From Acidaminococcaceae bacterium (GTDB lineage Bacteria; Bacteroidota; Bacteroidia; Bacteroidales; Paludibacteraceae), in the NCBI GenBank assembly GCA_963620225.1, contig CAVEZM010000005.1, positions 20,893 through 84,892 on the forward strand: DNA of 64,000 nt. Reading direction: 5' to 3'. Position 1 is the stretch's first letter, and each line of letters starts with the position of its first letter. This document shows positions 56,548 to 64,000 of this stretch, piece after piece. The notes beneath the pieces are model-generated. The model was not told the origin of the DNA. It worked only from the letters and a program-made list of their open reading frames with translations, and made no database searches. Both the position numbers and the translations under genes were made by a program.

Positions 56548-57642
56548 ATGAAAAAAGCAAGAAAATGGATTGTACTATCTGTCGTAGTCATATTGGCAGC
56601 AGGTGTGTTTATCTATCTGTGGCAACGGTCACGTCCGGAACCAACAACCTATGAAGTGATAACCGTCAGCGTAGGAGACATACAGAAACGCACGATCGTA
56701 ACAGGAAAAGTGCAACCACGTGATGAAGTAGAGATAAAACCTCAGATATCAGGTATCATTGCAGAACTCTACAAGCAGGCAGGTGATAAAGTCAAGGCGG
56801 GAGATGCTATCGCCAAGATCAAAGTCATACCCGACATGAGCCAACTCAATGCTGCCGAATCGCGCGTACGCCTCGCCGAATACAATCTGCAGAATGCACG
56901 AAAAGTCTATGAACGTGACTCTGCGCTACTCATACAAGGCGTGGTGGCACAAGAGACATACGAGAGCAGCAAACTGAAGTATATCTCCGACGAAGAGGAA
57001 CTGCAAGCCGCACGCGACAACCTCAGCATAACCCGTGATGGCGTAGCACAGAAAGCGGACGTACGGGGATTTACCAACACAATAGTGCGTGCCACTATCA
57101 CAGGGACAGTACTTGATGTGCCTGTCAAAGTAGGAAACTCGGTTATCCAAAGCAACACCTTTAACGACGGCACTACCATCGCTACGGTAGCCGATATGCA
57201 AGACCTTCTCTTTGTCGGCAACATCGATGAGACAGAAGTGGGTAAACTGCGCGAGGGTATGCAAATGGACTTGGTGATAGGAGCACTCAACGACCAGCGT
57301 TTCTCTGCTCAATTAGAGTATATCGCCCCAAAAGGGACAGAGAAAAATGGTGCTATGATGTTTGAAATCAAGGGTTCAGCCGTCATACCGGACAGCGTAG
57401 TCATACGTTCCGGTTACTCAGCCAATGCCGAGATAGTGTTGGATGAACGTTTGGGCGTACTGACCATACCCGAATACACCATCACAATGGATGGCGAACA
57501 GTCATTTGTACAACTCTACACCGACACAACCTGTCAAAACACAGAGAAACACGAAGTAACCATCGGACTATCCAATGGTATGCAAATAGAGGTGGTCAGC
57601 GGACTACACGATGGCGATAAGATACAAGGTAACCAGAAATAA
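56548..57642 (+). CDS. efflux periplasmic adaptor (HlyD/MacA family)
   Basis: It has an N-terminal TM anchor, a lipoyl/hairpin/beta-barrel pattern (VTGKVQPRDEVEIKPQISGII...AGDAIAKI) and a coiled-coil hairpin. Confidence 0.9.
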   Translation: MKKARKWIVLSVVVILAAGVFIYLWQRSRPEPTTYEVITVSVGDIQKRTIVTGKVQPRDEVEIKPQISGIIAELYKQAGDKVKAGDAIAKIKVIPDMSQLNAAESRVRLAEYNLQNARKVYERDSALLIQGVVAQETYESSKLKYISDEEELQAARDNLSITRDGVAQKADVRGFTNTIVRATITGTVLDVPVKVGNSVIQSNTFNDGTTIATVADMQDLLFVGNIDETEVGKLREGMQMDLVIGALNDQRFSAQLEYIAPKGTEKNGAMMFEIKGSAVIPDSVVIRSGYSANAEIVLDERLGVLTIPEYTITMDGEQSFVQLYTDTTCQNTEKHEVTIGLSNGMQIEVVSGLHDGDKIQGNQK

Positions 57643-57680
57643 TTCTCCTCTCAGAGAGAATCACAACAGAACAAGGACTC

Positions 57681-59012
57681 ATGAAACGCTCTATCTATAT
57701 TCTTCTCATCTGTCTATCAACCCATGTGGTTGCTCAACAGCCCTCCGCACAGAACGGGATGACAAAGGTCTATACGCTCCAACAATGTATAGACTCTGCC
57801 CTCACCAACAGTCTCGATATGCAGAAACAGAGCAACCAATACACTTCACAACGACTGCAATACACCCAAGCCAAAGCCAACATATCGCCATCTATCAGTG
57901 CTGCAGCAGGACAGAGTTGGATATTCGGACGCTCCACAGGAGCCGACAATATCAACCGCTCACAGAACTCAGCACAGACGACTTTCAATCTCGCAGCCAA
58001 CATCGTACTCTTTGACGGACTGCAGATGAAGTTCGCCATTGACCAGGCCAGAGCCTCACTACAAGCCTCCGAAGCCGATGTACAGGCTATGCAACTGAAG
58101 ATAAAGATGAACATCTCTACCATGTACCTGCAAGCCTTACTCAACAAGGAACTGCTTCTGATAGCAGAGAACCAACTCGAAGATACGCAGGCTAAACTGC
58201 GCAAAGACTCCGCTCTCGTACAGGCACAACGTATGGCAGCGGGCGAACTACTCACCATACAAGCACAGGTCGCTAAAGAGGAACTTAGTGTCATACAACA
58301 GCGTAGTGCGCTGCAATTAGCACTACTTGATCTCGCACAGGCAATAGAGATTAGGGATGTAGCACACTTCGATATCGCTGAACCTGCCGAACAAGAACTG
58401 CAAGACGGACTACTCCCCGACAATGAACAAGTGTATCAATACGCCCTTGCTTATCGTCCCGAGATAAAAGCCTTAGAATATACTATTCGTGCCAACGAGA
58501 GTCTGCTCAAGGGCTACAAAGCAGCCTACTCACCTACCCTGTCTGCAGGTGCCTCTGTGGGAACAGGTTATTACGATATGCAGGGGATAGACAACGCCCC
58601 GTTTGCACAACAGATGCGCGATAACTTCTCCTCCTCTGTAGGACTGAATCTCAGCATACCTATCTATGACCGCCTACAGACAGCGACCTATGTCAAGCGG
58701 CAAAAGGTAGCAGTAGAGAATGCCCGCCTCGACCTTGAACAGACAAAGAAGGACTTGCGCAAAGAGATAGACCAAGCCTATTATAACGCCCTCAGCGCAC
58801 AGACCGAACGCATATCTGCCGAGAAGTCAGAACTATCTGCCCGGGAAGCCCTGCGCTATACCGAGCAGAAGTATGATGCAGGCCGTGCTACAGCCTACGA
58901 ATACCGTGAGGCAAAGAACACCTGCCTCCAAGCACAATCCACACGGGTACAAGCACACTACAACTACCTCTTCCGCCTTCGTATCCTTCGCTATTACCAA
59001 GGCACACTATGA
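57681..59012 (+). CDS. TolC-family outer-membrane efflux channel
   Basis: It has a signal peptide, a two-fold repeated coiled-coil/beta pattern and a terminal YNYLFRLRILRYYQG. Confidence 0.9.
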   Translation: MKRSIYILLICLSTHVVAQQPSAQNGMTKVYTLQQCIDSALTNSLDMQKQSNQYTSQRLQYTQAKANISPSISAAAGQSWIFGRSTGADNINRSQNSAQTTFNLAANIVLFDGLQMKFAIDQARASLQASEADVQAMQLKIKMNISTMYLQALLNKELLLIAENQLEDTQAKLRKDSALVQAQRMAAGELLTIQAQVAKEELSVIQQRSALQLALLDLAQAIEIRDVAHFDIAEPAEQELQDGLLPDNEQVYQYALAYRPEIKALEYTIRANESLLKGYKAAYSPTLSAGASVGTGYYDMQGIDNAPFAQQMRDNFSSSVGLNLSIPIYDRLQTATYVKRQKVAVENARLDLEQTKKDLRKEIDQAYYNALSAQTERISAEKSELSAREALRYTEQKYDAGRATAYEYREAKNTCLQAQSTRVQAHYNYLFRLRILRYYQGTL

Positions 59013-59074
59013 CATGTAGTCGTTATCGCTGCCGGTGCTAAGAGACAGTCTTCCCTCTATCTCTTTTCCACAAG

Positions 59075-59902
59075 TTATTTCTGGTATTTGCCCACGTGTT
59101 TGATGGCAAAGAATACGAGCCAGTCGGGTGTATGTTTGAGAAGTGGTGTGCAGAGGTGGTTGATGACACCCGGCATATCTGCTTTCTTCCCACGGAACAT
59201 TACGCGCAGGGCACGGTGTACCAGTTTCTCCGGGGATATAGACACAGTGAGGTTCGCTGCCAGCCGGCGTAGGTTTGGTGCAAGACCGAAGAGTGCAGTG
59301 TCCACGGCTCCCGGTGTCATGACTGTGATATTCACGCCTTTCGGTTTCAGTTCATACCACAGCGACTTAGAGAAGTTATAGATGAACGCCTTGGTGGCGT
59401 TGTAGGTCTGTATGCCGGGCATCGCCATCCATGCGGACATCGATGACATATTGAGTATGTACCCCTTGCGGCGTGGCTTGCCGCAGATACGTTGTTGCTT
59501 CTCGTCCTCCGTCAGTTCACGGTTTATCATATCCTCACCGAACAGTCGGCATAGTTTGGCGACTGTTATCATGTGCAAGTTAAGCATCAGTTCGATACGT
59601 CGCATAGAGGTCTCACAGTACGGGTTGAAGAAGAACACACCTGCGTTGTTGATGAGTACGTCCACTTGCAGGTTGTTGTCCAAGCAGTACCGGTGCAGCC
59701 GCTCGGCTGCGTCTGTCAGACTGAGGTCGGCATAGAGAGGGATGGCTTGTACGCCGTATTGTGCAGACAGGTCGGTTGCCACCTGTTGCAGTTCTTTTTC
59801 CTGATTGCTGACGAGCAGCAGGTCGGAGTGGTAGTCACGTGCCAACTGCGTAGCGTACTGCAGTCCTATGCCCGATGATGCTCCTGTTACGAGAGATAAC
59901 AT
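59075..59902 (-). CDS. short-chain dehydrogenase/reductase (candidate hydroxysteroid dehydrogenase)
   Basis: It has TGASSGIG, NNAG and the catalytic YNATK. I prefer the ATG at 59902 (MLSLVTGASSGIG), 7 nt after the upstream stop, over the overlapping ATG at 59938. Confidence 0.85.
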   Translation of the reverse strand: MLSLVTGASSGIGLQYATQLARDYHSDLLLVSNQEKELQQVATDLSAQYGVQAIPLYADLSLTDAAERLHRYCLDNNLQVDVLINNAGVFFFNPYCETSMRRIELMLNLHMITVAKLCRLFGEDMINRELTEDEKQQRICGKPRRKGYILNMSSMSAWMAMPGIQTYNATKAFIYNFSKSLWYELKPKGVNITVMTPGAVDTALFGLAPNLRRLAANLTVSISPEKLVHRALRVMFRGKKADMPGVINHLCTPLLKHTPDWLVFFAIKHVGKYQK

Positions 59903-59909
59903 TGTCGTA

Positions 59910-61166
59910 TTATTTGTCAGGGTACCACATCTGTTCATATTTCTCTGCCTCTTTCTCGAGGGATTTAGGCAGGTTCTCTACGCACTCGTGACATTTCATC
60001 TCAAGCGTGTACATACGTGCTACGCAGTAGTTGGATCGCTTGCAGGCGGAGTGGAAGTGTTCGTCGGCTTTCATCTTATTGACGAACTCAGGGTCTTTGA
60101 CTAGTGCGTGTCCTATCTGTACGAAGTCGAATCCTGCAGCCAGAGCCTCCTCTGCGTTGTCGCGGCTCATGACACCTCCGACATATATGAGTGGCATCTT
60201 GAGTGCCTGTCGGAACTGTTTGGCGGTATCGAGAAAGAATAGTTCTTTGAATGGCACAGTAGGTATCATGATATGTCCTACGAAGCGCAGTCCAAGTCTT
60301 AACCACCAGAAAGTGAGAGGATTCATATAATGTGCCAGTGCGCGGATAGGCATTGCACCTCCCATAACGGTGAATGGTGCTTTGCTGACGAATCCCGCAG
60401 TAAGTACGAGGGCGTGAACGCCATGTTTCTCTATCTCTTGTGCTATGCGAATGCAGTCGTCTGTCTGCAGTCCGCCTTTGAATCCGTCGTACATATTGGT
60501 CTTGACGACCACTGCTATGTCGTTGCCGGCATGCCTCATCACTTCATCCAGCACCTCGTTCATAAAACGCATACGGTTCTCTATGCTGCCTCCGTACTCA
60601 TCGTGACGATGGTTGGTATAGGGTGAGAGGAACTGCGAGATGAGATATCCGTGTCCTGCGTGTATCTCCACGCAGTCGAATCCGCATTCACGGCAGAAGT
60701 CTACGGCATGTCCAAAGGCTTTGACGATGTCGTGTATCTCCTCTCTCTTGAGAGCGCGGTGGAGCGTAGGGGAATAGAGATTGAATCCTGTGCTGGCACC
60801 TACGGGCAGACAATGGCATGTATAGAAGTGGGTCATGTTACCGCAGTGTCCCAGTTGTATGCTCGCCTTGGCACCCTCGGCGTGGATGCCGTCGGTCAGT
60901 TTCTTGAGGTCATCTTTTATCTCGTCGTGGATATATAGTTGTCCATCGAACGATACGCCGGAGCGTGTTACGGAGCAGTAGGCTACTGTCGTCATACCGA
61001 TGCCTCCGCGTGCTACGGCAGTGTGATAGTCATACAGGTCTTGACTGGGCTTATTGCCATAAGCCATGTTTTCGAATGCTGCAGAGCGTATAGCCCTGTT
61101 GCGCAGGGTGATAGGACCTAATTGTCCTGTAGTGAACAGTTTACTTTCCATGTTATTGTAATACAA
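59910..61166 (-). CDS. Old Yellow Enzyme-family NADH:flavin oxidoreductase (candidate enoate/3-oxo-steroid C=C reductase)
   Basis: It has LRNRAIRSA and HAGHGYLISQFLSPYTNHRHDEYGGSIENRMRF. The C-terminal tail of about 60 aa is Cys-containing. Confidence 0.88.
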   Translation of the reverse strand: MYYNNMESKLFTTGQLGPITLRNRAIRSAAFENMAYGNKPSQDLYDYHTAVARGGIGMTTVAYCSVTRSGVSFDGQLYIHDEIKDDLKKLTDGIHAEGAKASIQLGHCGNMTHFYTCHCLPVGASTGFNLYSPTLHRALKREEIHDIVKAFGHAVDFCRECGFDCVEIHAGHGYLISQFLSPYTNHRHDEYGGSIENRMRFMNEVLDEVMRHAGNDIAVVVKTNMYDGFKGGLQTDDCIRIAQEIEKHGVHALVLTAGFVSKAPFTVMGGAMPIRALAHYMNPLTFWWLRLGLRFVGHIMIPTVPFKELFFLDTAKQFRQALKMPLIYVGGVMSRDNAEEALAAGFDFVQIGHALVKDPEFVNKMKADEHFHSACKRSNYCVARMYTLEMKCHECVENLPKSLEKEAEKYEQMWYPDK

Positions 61167-61208
61167 TCATAGCGACCATACATTTCCCGATAGCCGCCAT
61201 GTCACTTA

Positions 61209-61997
61209 TCAGTAGATAAACGGAATTATTCTCTTTAGTTTCTTCTCATCAAACTCTTCTGCAAACTCTTCTTTGTATTTATGCCAGATAGAGTTGGCGC
61301 GTGGGATAAGGTTACAGCAACTGAACCACCAGAAGCACAGTCCTGCATAGGACCATGTCAGAATGGAGAAGCCAAGCCATTCGGTTATCTCACCGAAGTA
61401 GTTGGCACTGGTAACATATTTATACAGTCCTTTCTTGGGTAGGTAATGGTTGGTATCTCCTGGTTTGCGCAGGTGGCGGATAACATGGTCAGAGTGCATA
61501 TTGATGCCCCACCCTACAAAGAATACAAGTGTCCCGATGATGAAACGGGGGTCAGTGAGCCAATTCGCAACATAGGGGTGGTATTGCGGTGCCAAATGGA
61601 AGAGCCAGTAACCCTGTATGTAGCCATTTATAAGGTTCCAGATGACGGACAGTCCCATGATGACAACGGGCATTTTGCTGTTCCCCTTCATGAGGAAGGG
61701 GAATATGAAAGAGCGTTGGAAATAGTGGAATTCGAATATAAGGAAGAATATCAGGTATGGTATGTTCATACGTACCGGGGATATTGCCCACAGGTAGAGC
61801 ATAACGACAAATACCGGCATCTCCATGAGAAACCAACCTATCTTGTTATTGATCGCCGGTCCCCATTTCTCGGTACGCATCTTTCCGTAACCAGCGTCCA
61901 CAAAGAACAAAGTAATAAACACTACCAGACCTACCAAGGCCATGATAAACAAGAAATTATAGAAAGCATCCAACGTAGTAGCAAATACCATAGGCAA
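61209..61997 (-). CDS. steroid 5-alpha-reductase (SRD5A) family membrane protein
   Basis: It is multi-TM. The C-terminal stretch KGLYKYVTSANYFGEITEWLGF...RIIPFIY closely parallels the conserved C-terminus of animal SRD5A enzymes. Confidence 0.88.
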   Translation of the reverse strand: MPMVFATTLDAFYNFLFIMALVGLVVFITLFFVDAGYGKMRTEKWGPAINNKIGWFLMEMPVFVVMLYLWAISPVRMNIPYLIFFLIFEFHYFQRSFIFPFLMKGNSKMPVVIMGLSVIWNLINGYIQGYWLFHLAPQYHPYVANWLTDPRFIIGTLVFFVGWGINMHSDHVIRHLRKPGDTNHYLPKKGLYKYVTSANYFGEITEWLGFSILTWSYAGLCFWWFSCCNLIPRANSIWHKYKEEFAEEFDEKKLKRIIPFIY

Positions 61998-62044
61998 CTA
62001 TTCTTTTTCACATATTAGTCACACGTCCCGCACTAATCAACTTG

Positions 62045-62052
62045 CAAAGATA
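62045..62052 (-). promoter_or_regulatory. -7 promoter box TATCTTTG of the reductase operon
   Basis: It lies on the minus strand, 47 nt upstream of the ATG at 61997, in the spacer after the EamA gene. Confidence 0.6.
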
Positions 62053-62094
62053 CAAATATTATCTGACATATTCAAATAAAGCACGAAACGCATT

Positions 62095-63033
62095 TCATTT
62101 TTGTTGTTTTTGACAGACAAACAGACCGATGATAATCACCACTATGCCTATCCATTTCCATACAGGCAACTGCTCGGAGAAGCCTATCCACATTATCAAA
62201 GCAGTGAATATAGGGCGGACATTGTTGAAAGCATTGGCGCGTGTGACTCCTATCTCGCGTACAGTATAACAGAACAAGATGAACGCGACCACAGAACTCA
62301 GTACGGCCAAGTATCCGATTGCCCACAGTGAGTGAGCCAATGTGCTCATATCCATGTTCTGCCAAGCGTCCACCAGTTGTCTTCCATCCACCACACCCCA
62401 TAGGGGATAGAACAAGAGTAGCGAGAATGCCTGTACGTAGAAGACGATAGTCAACGAGGAGTAGTGTGTGGGTATCCTACGCAATACGACAGTATAGGCG
62501 ATAGCGGTACAGACCGTCACGAATGCCAGTGGTATCCCCCATATGTTGCCCAGTTCGAAGTTGTCAGCCCCTGCCAATATCAACAGCAACACCCCGGCGG
62601 TCGAAATCAATATACCGATGATATTGTACATTGTCACACGCTCTTTGAGTATCAACCATGCAAACAACGGGGCTATCAACGGGCTGGTACTCAATAGTGC
62701 TTCGGCTATAGTAGGTGAGTCAAACAACCGGTAACTATATGTTTCCAATATGTAATACAAAAACGGTTGGAATAATCCTCCCAAGAGAAACAGGGGTATA
62801 TCTTTTTTGCTTATGCATTGCAGTCTTAATACGGCATTTCTTCGGCAGCACATCCCTATCACGAACATCAGCAGTACTGCAATCGTAAAGCGCATAACTA
62901 TCATGGTGAGTGGAGAAAAGGTGACCAGTGCAGTCTTCACTGCGATACCTGACCCTGCCCAGCACAGCATAGCCAAAACGATAGCTATGTATGGTAGCAC
63001 TTTCTTTATATTACACGAACGTGTCACTCTCAC
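62095..63033 (-). CDS. DMT/EamA-family transporter
   Basis: It has ten hydrophobic segments in two EamA-like halves. The GTG start lies 16 nt downstream of a TACTTTTG box. Confidence 0.85.
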   Translation of the reverse strand: MRVTRSCNIKKVLPYIAIVLAMLCWAGSGIAVKTALVTFSPLTMIVMRFTIAVLLMFVIGMCCRRNAVLRLQCISKKDIPLFLLGGLFQPFLYYILETYSYRLFDSPTIAEALLSTSPLIAPLFAWLILKERVTMYNIIGILISTAGVLLLILAGADNFELGNIWGIPLAFVTVCTAIAYTVVLRRIPTHYSSLTIVFYVQAFSLLLFYPLWGVVDGRQLVDAWQNMDMSTLAHSLWAIGYLAVLSSVVAFILFCYTVREIGVTRANAFNNVRPIFTALIMWIGFSEQLPVWKWIGIVVIIIGLFVCQKQQK

Positions 63034-63049
63034 AAAGAGGTTTTTGCCG

Positions 63050-63057
63050 CAAAAGTA
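63050..63057 (-). promoter_or_regulatory. -7 promoter box TACTTTTG
   Basis: It lies on the minus strand upstream of the EamA gene. Confidence 0.55.
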
Positions 63058-63276
63058 CCACTATTTGGTGAGAGAAGCAATAGCAGAGGGGAAAATAATC
63101 ACTTTTTATAGGTATCATACGAAATACAACAATTTACAAGACAATATATTAGAGTGAAACAACGGGTGTTTTTTTATATAAATATACGCACATATAAAAT
63201 ATATTATCTATTGCAATTTAGTGTTAAATCGGCAAAAAAAATGCGTAAAAGACAATTTAATTCAAAGAGAATAATA

Positions 63277-63284
63277 TATCTTTG
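63277..63284 (+). promoter_or_regulatory. -7 promoter box TATCTTTG
   Basis: It lies on the plus strand, 124 nt upstream of the ATG at 63409. Confidence 0.5.
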
Positions 63285-63408
63285 TAGCGATAATCAATGA
63301 ATTATCCGTGTTAATCAAGCAAGTGGTGTTGTAACATTCGTTGTTTGCATTAGCATCCGATAAGCACCGTGAGAACAAGTAGCGTACTTAACACAAATCA
63401 ATCAAAAG

Positions 63409-64000
63409 ATGAGTGCGAGTATAAAGAAACATATTGGTCTTATTCTTGGTATCATTGGTTTGTTATCCCCTATAGAGAACGTTTCTGCGAAGTATCATGC
63501 ACGCTTGGCTTATAAGCATCTGCATTATGTTTCTGTGTACGGCAGTGTCGGCTATTCGCTTTTGTTGGATGATTACTATGATATGCAGAATATCGGCAAT
63601 GTAGGCGGATTGATTGGTGTAGGTTATGAGTTTCAATACAAAGGTTTTTGGTTTACGAGCGGTTTAGAGGCACAGTTATTGACCTCTGCCTCCCTGTTCA
63701 ATATCTCCGGGACAGACAAAAAGATGTTGGACTCGCAGGGGAAAAGAATGCTATATCATTACGAGTTTAACCGGTCATACGATGTTCAATCACTGTTATA
63801 TGGCAATATTCCCTTGTTATTAGGATATTATTTTCGCGGTTTCTACATAGGTGCCGGTGCCAAAGTTGGTTATTGTCTCTATTCTCAAGAGATGACCGAT
63901 CTGACCTATACCACGTCTGGCACGTACGATCAGTACATTGAAGATTTTGCTCAAATGGCGAATTATGGGTACAGTACCTATTATACGAATGCTCATGCCC
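63409..64000 (+). CDS. 5' part of a gene for a secreted, probably outer-membrane beta-barrel protein (runs off the right edge)
   Basis: It is absent from the ORF track because no stop falls in the window. My own translation is MSASIKKHIGLILGIIGLLSPIENVSAKYHARLAYKHLHYVSVYGSVGYSLLLDDYY...GYEFQYKGFWFTSGLEAQLL...GYYFRGFYIGAGAKVGY. It has a signal peptide followed by alternating aromatic/Gly-rich strands. Confidence 0.55.
   Translation, partial: MSASIKKHIGLILGIIGLLSPIENVSAKYHARLAYKHLHYVSVYGSVGYSLLLDDYYDMQNIGNVGGLIGVGYEFQYKGFWFTSGLEAQLLTSASLFNISGTDKKMLDSQGKRMLYHYEFNRSYDVQSLLYGNIPLLLGYYFRGFYIGAGAKVGYCLYSQEMTDLTYTTSGTYDQYIEDFAQMANYGYSTYYTNAHA

Noticed and set aside
33960-62018. A set of other long antisense or alternative-frame ORFs was considered (33960-34559, 38490-39308, 43889-44515, 47569-48213, 54528-55265, 57770-58423, 61446-62018, and also 11551-12168).
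   Set aside because: Each lies wholly inside a confidently assigned gene on the other strand. They have low-complexity or Cys/Arg/Ser-rich composition and lack promoter boxes and recognisable domains.
63241-63300. A 19-codon mini-ORF (MRKRQFNSKRIIYLCSDNQ) lies in the AT-rich spacer.
   Set aside because: It spans the TATCTTTG promoter box itself, so it would lie upstream of or across the transcription start. No evidence supports it.
1-64000. I searched by eye for tRNA, rRNA, tmRNA, transposase, integrase, phage, toxin-antitoxin, restriction-modification and other defence genes.
   Set aside because: I found no tRNA T-arm/anticodon-arm consensus, no rRNA-like stretch and no ORF with motifs of these families. 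A covariance-model scan (tRNAscan-SE, Infernal) would be needed to exclude small RNAs rigorously.

Overview
This is a 64-kb chromosomal segment from a Bacteroidota genome. It looks Bacteroidales-like and may be Prevotellaceae, but that is a guess. The phylum call rests on a SusC/SusD pair and on 13 TAnnTTTG (-7 type) promoter boxes correctly placed upstream of operon-leading genes. I support about 53 protein-coding genes and found no rRNA, tRNA, CRISPR array, transposase, integrase or phage gene. Most of the window is housekeeping: gcvP, folK, mutS2, recQ, rimO, HU, uvrA, prfB, pepC, ferritin and an ABC-F protein. The accessory content is as follows. (1) A Wzt-type ABC ATPase operon with an amino-sugar branch and glycosyltransferases lies at the left edge. 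(2) A five-gene SusC/SusD locus (21328-29599, minus strand) has an SLC45/GPH-like MFS permease but no glycoside hydrolase and no regulator. (3) A translationally coupled glycan module (deacetylase-like, wecB, GT4-like, GT2) has a GT pair sitting in a G+C-elevated patch. (4) A split MacAB/TolC-type efflux operon follows. (5) A three-gene steroid 5-alpha-reductase / Old Yellow Enzyme / SDR operon matches the published Bacteroidota gene set for isoallo-lithocholic acid formation. The non-coding oddities are an 11-bp x5 tandem repeat upstream of gcvP, a 568-bp strongly G-depleted spacer with a terminator-like hairpin and an A12 tract, an in-frame (ACT)9 repeat, and TCAACT mini-repeats beside two terminators. 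I see no convincing wholly new system; the best leads are the steroid-reductase operon, the membrane-anchored HU-LysM protein and the enzyme-less PUL. All family calls come from motif recognition by eye, because no database search could be run. The ORF track uses alternative start codons and the longest ORF, so I shortened several N-termini where the extension swallowed a promoter box or a terminator.
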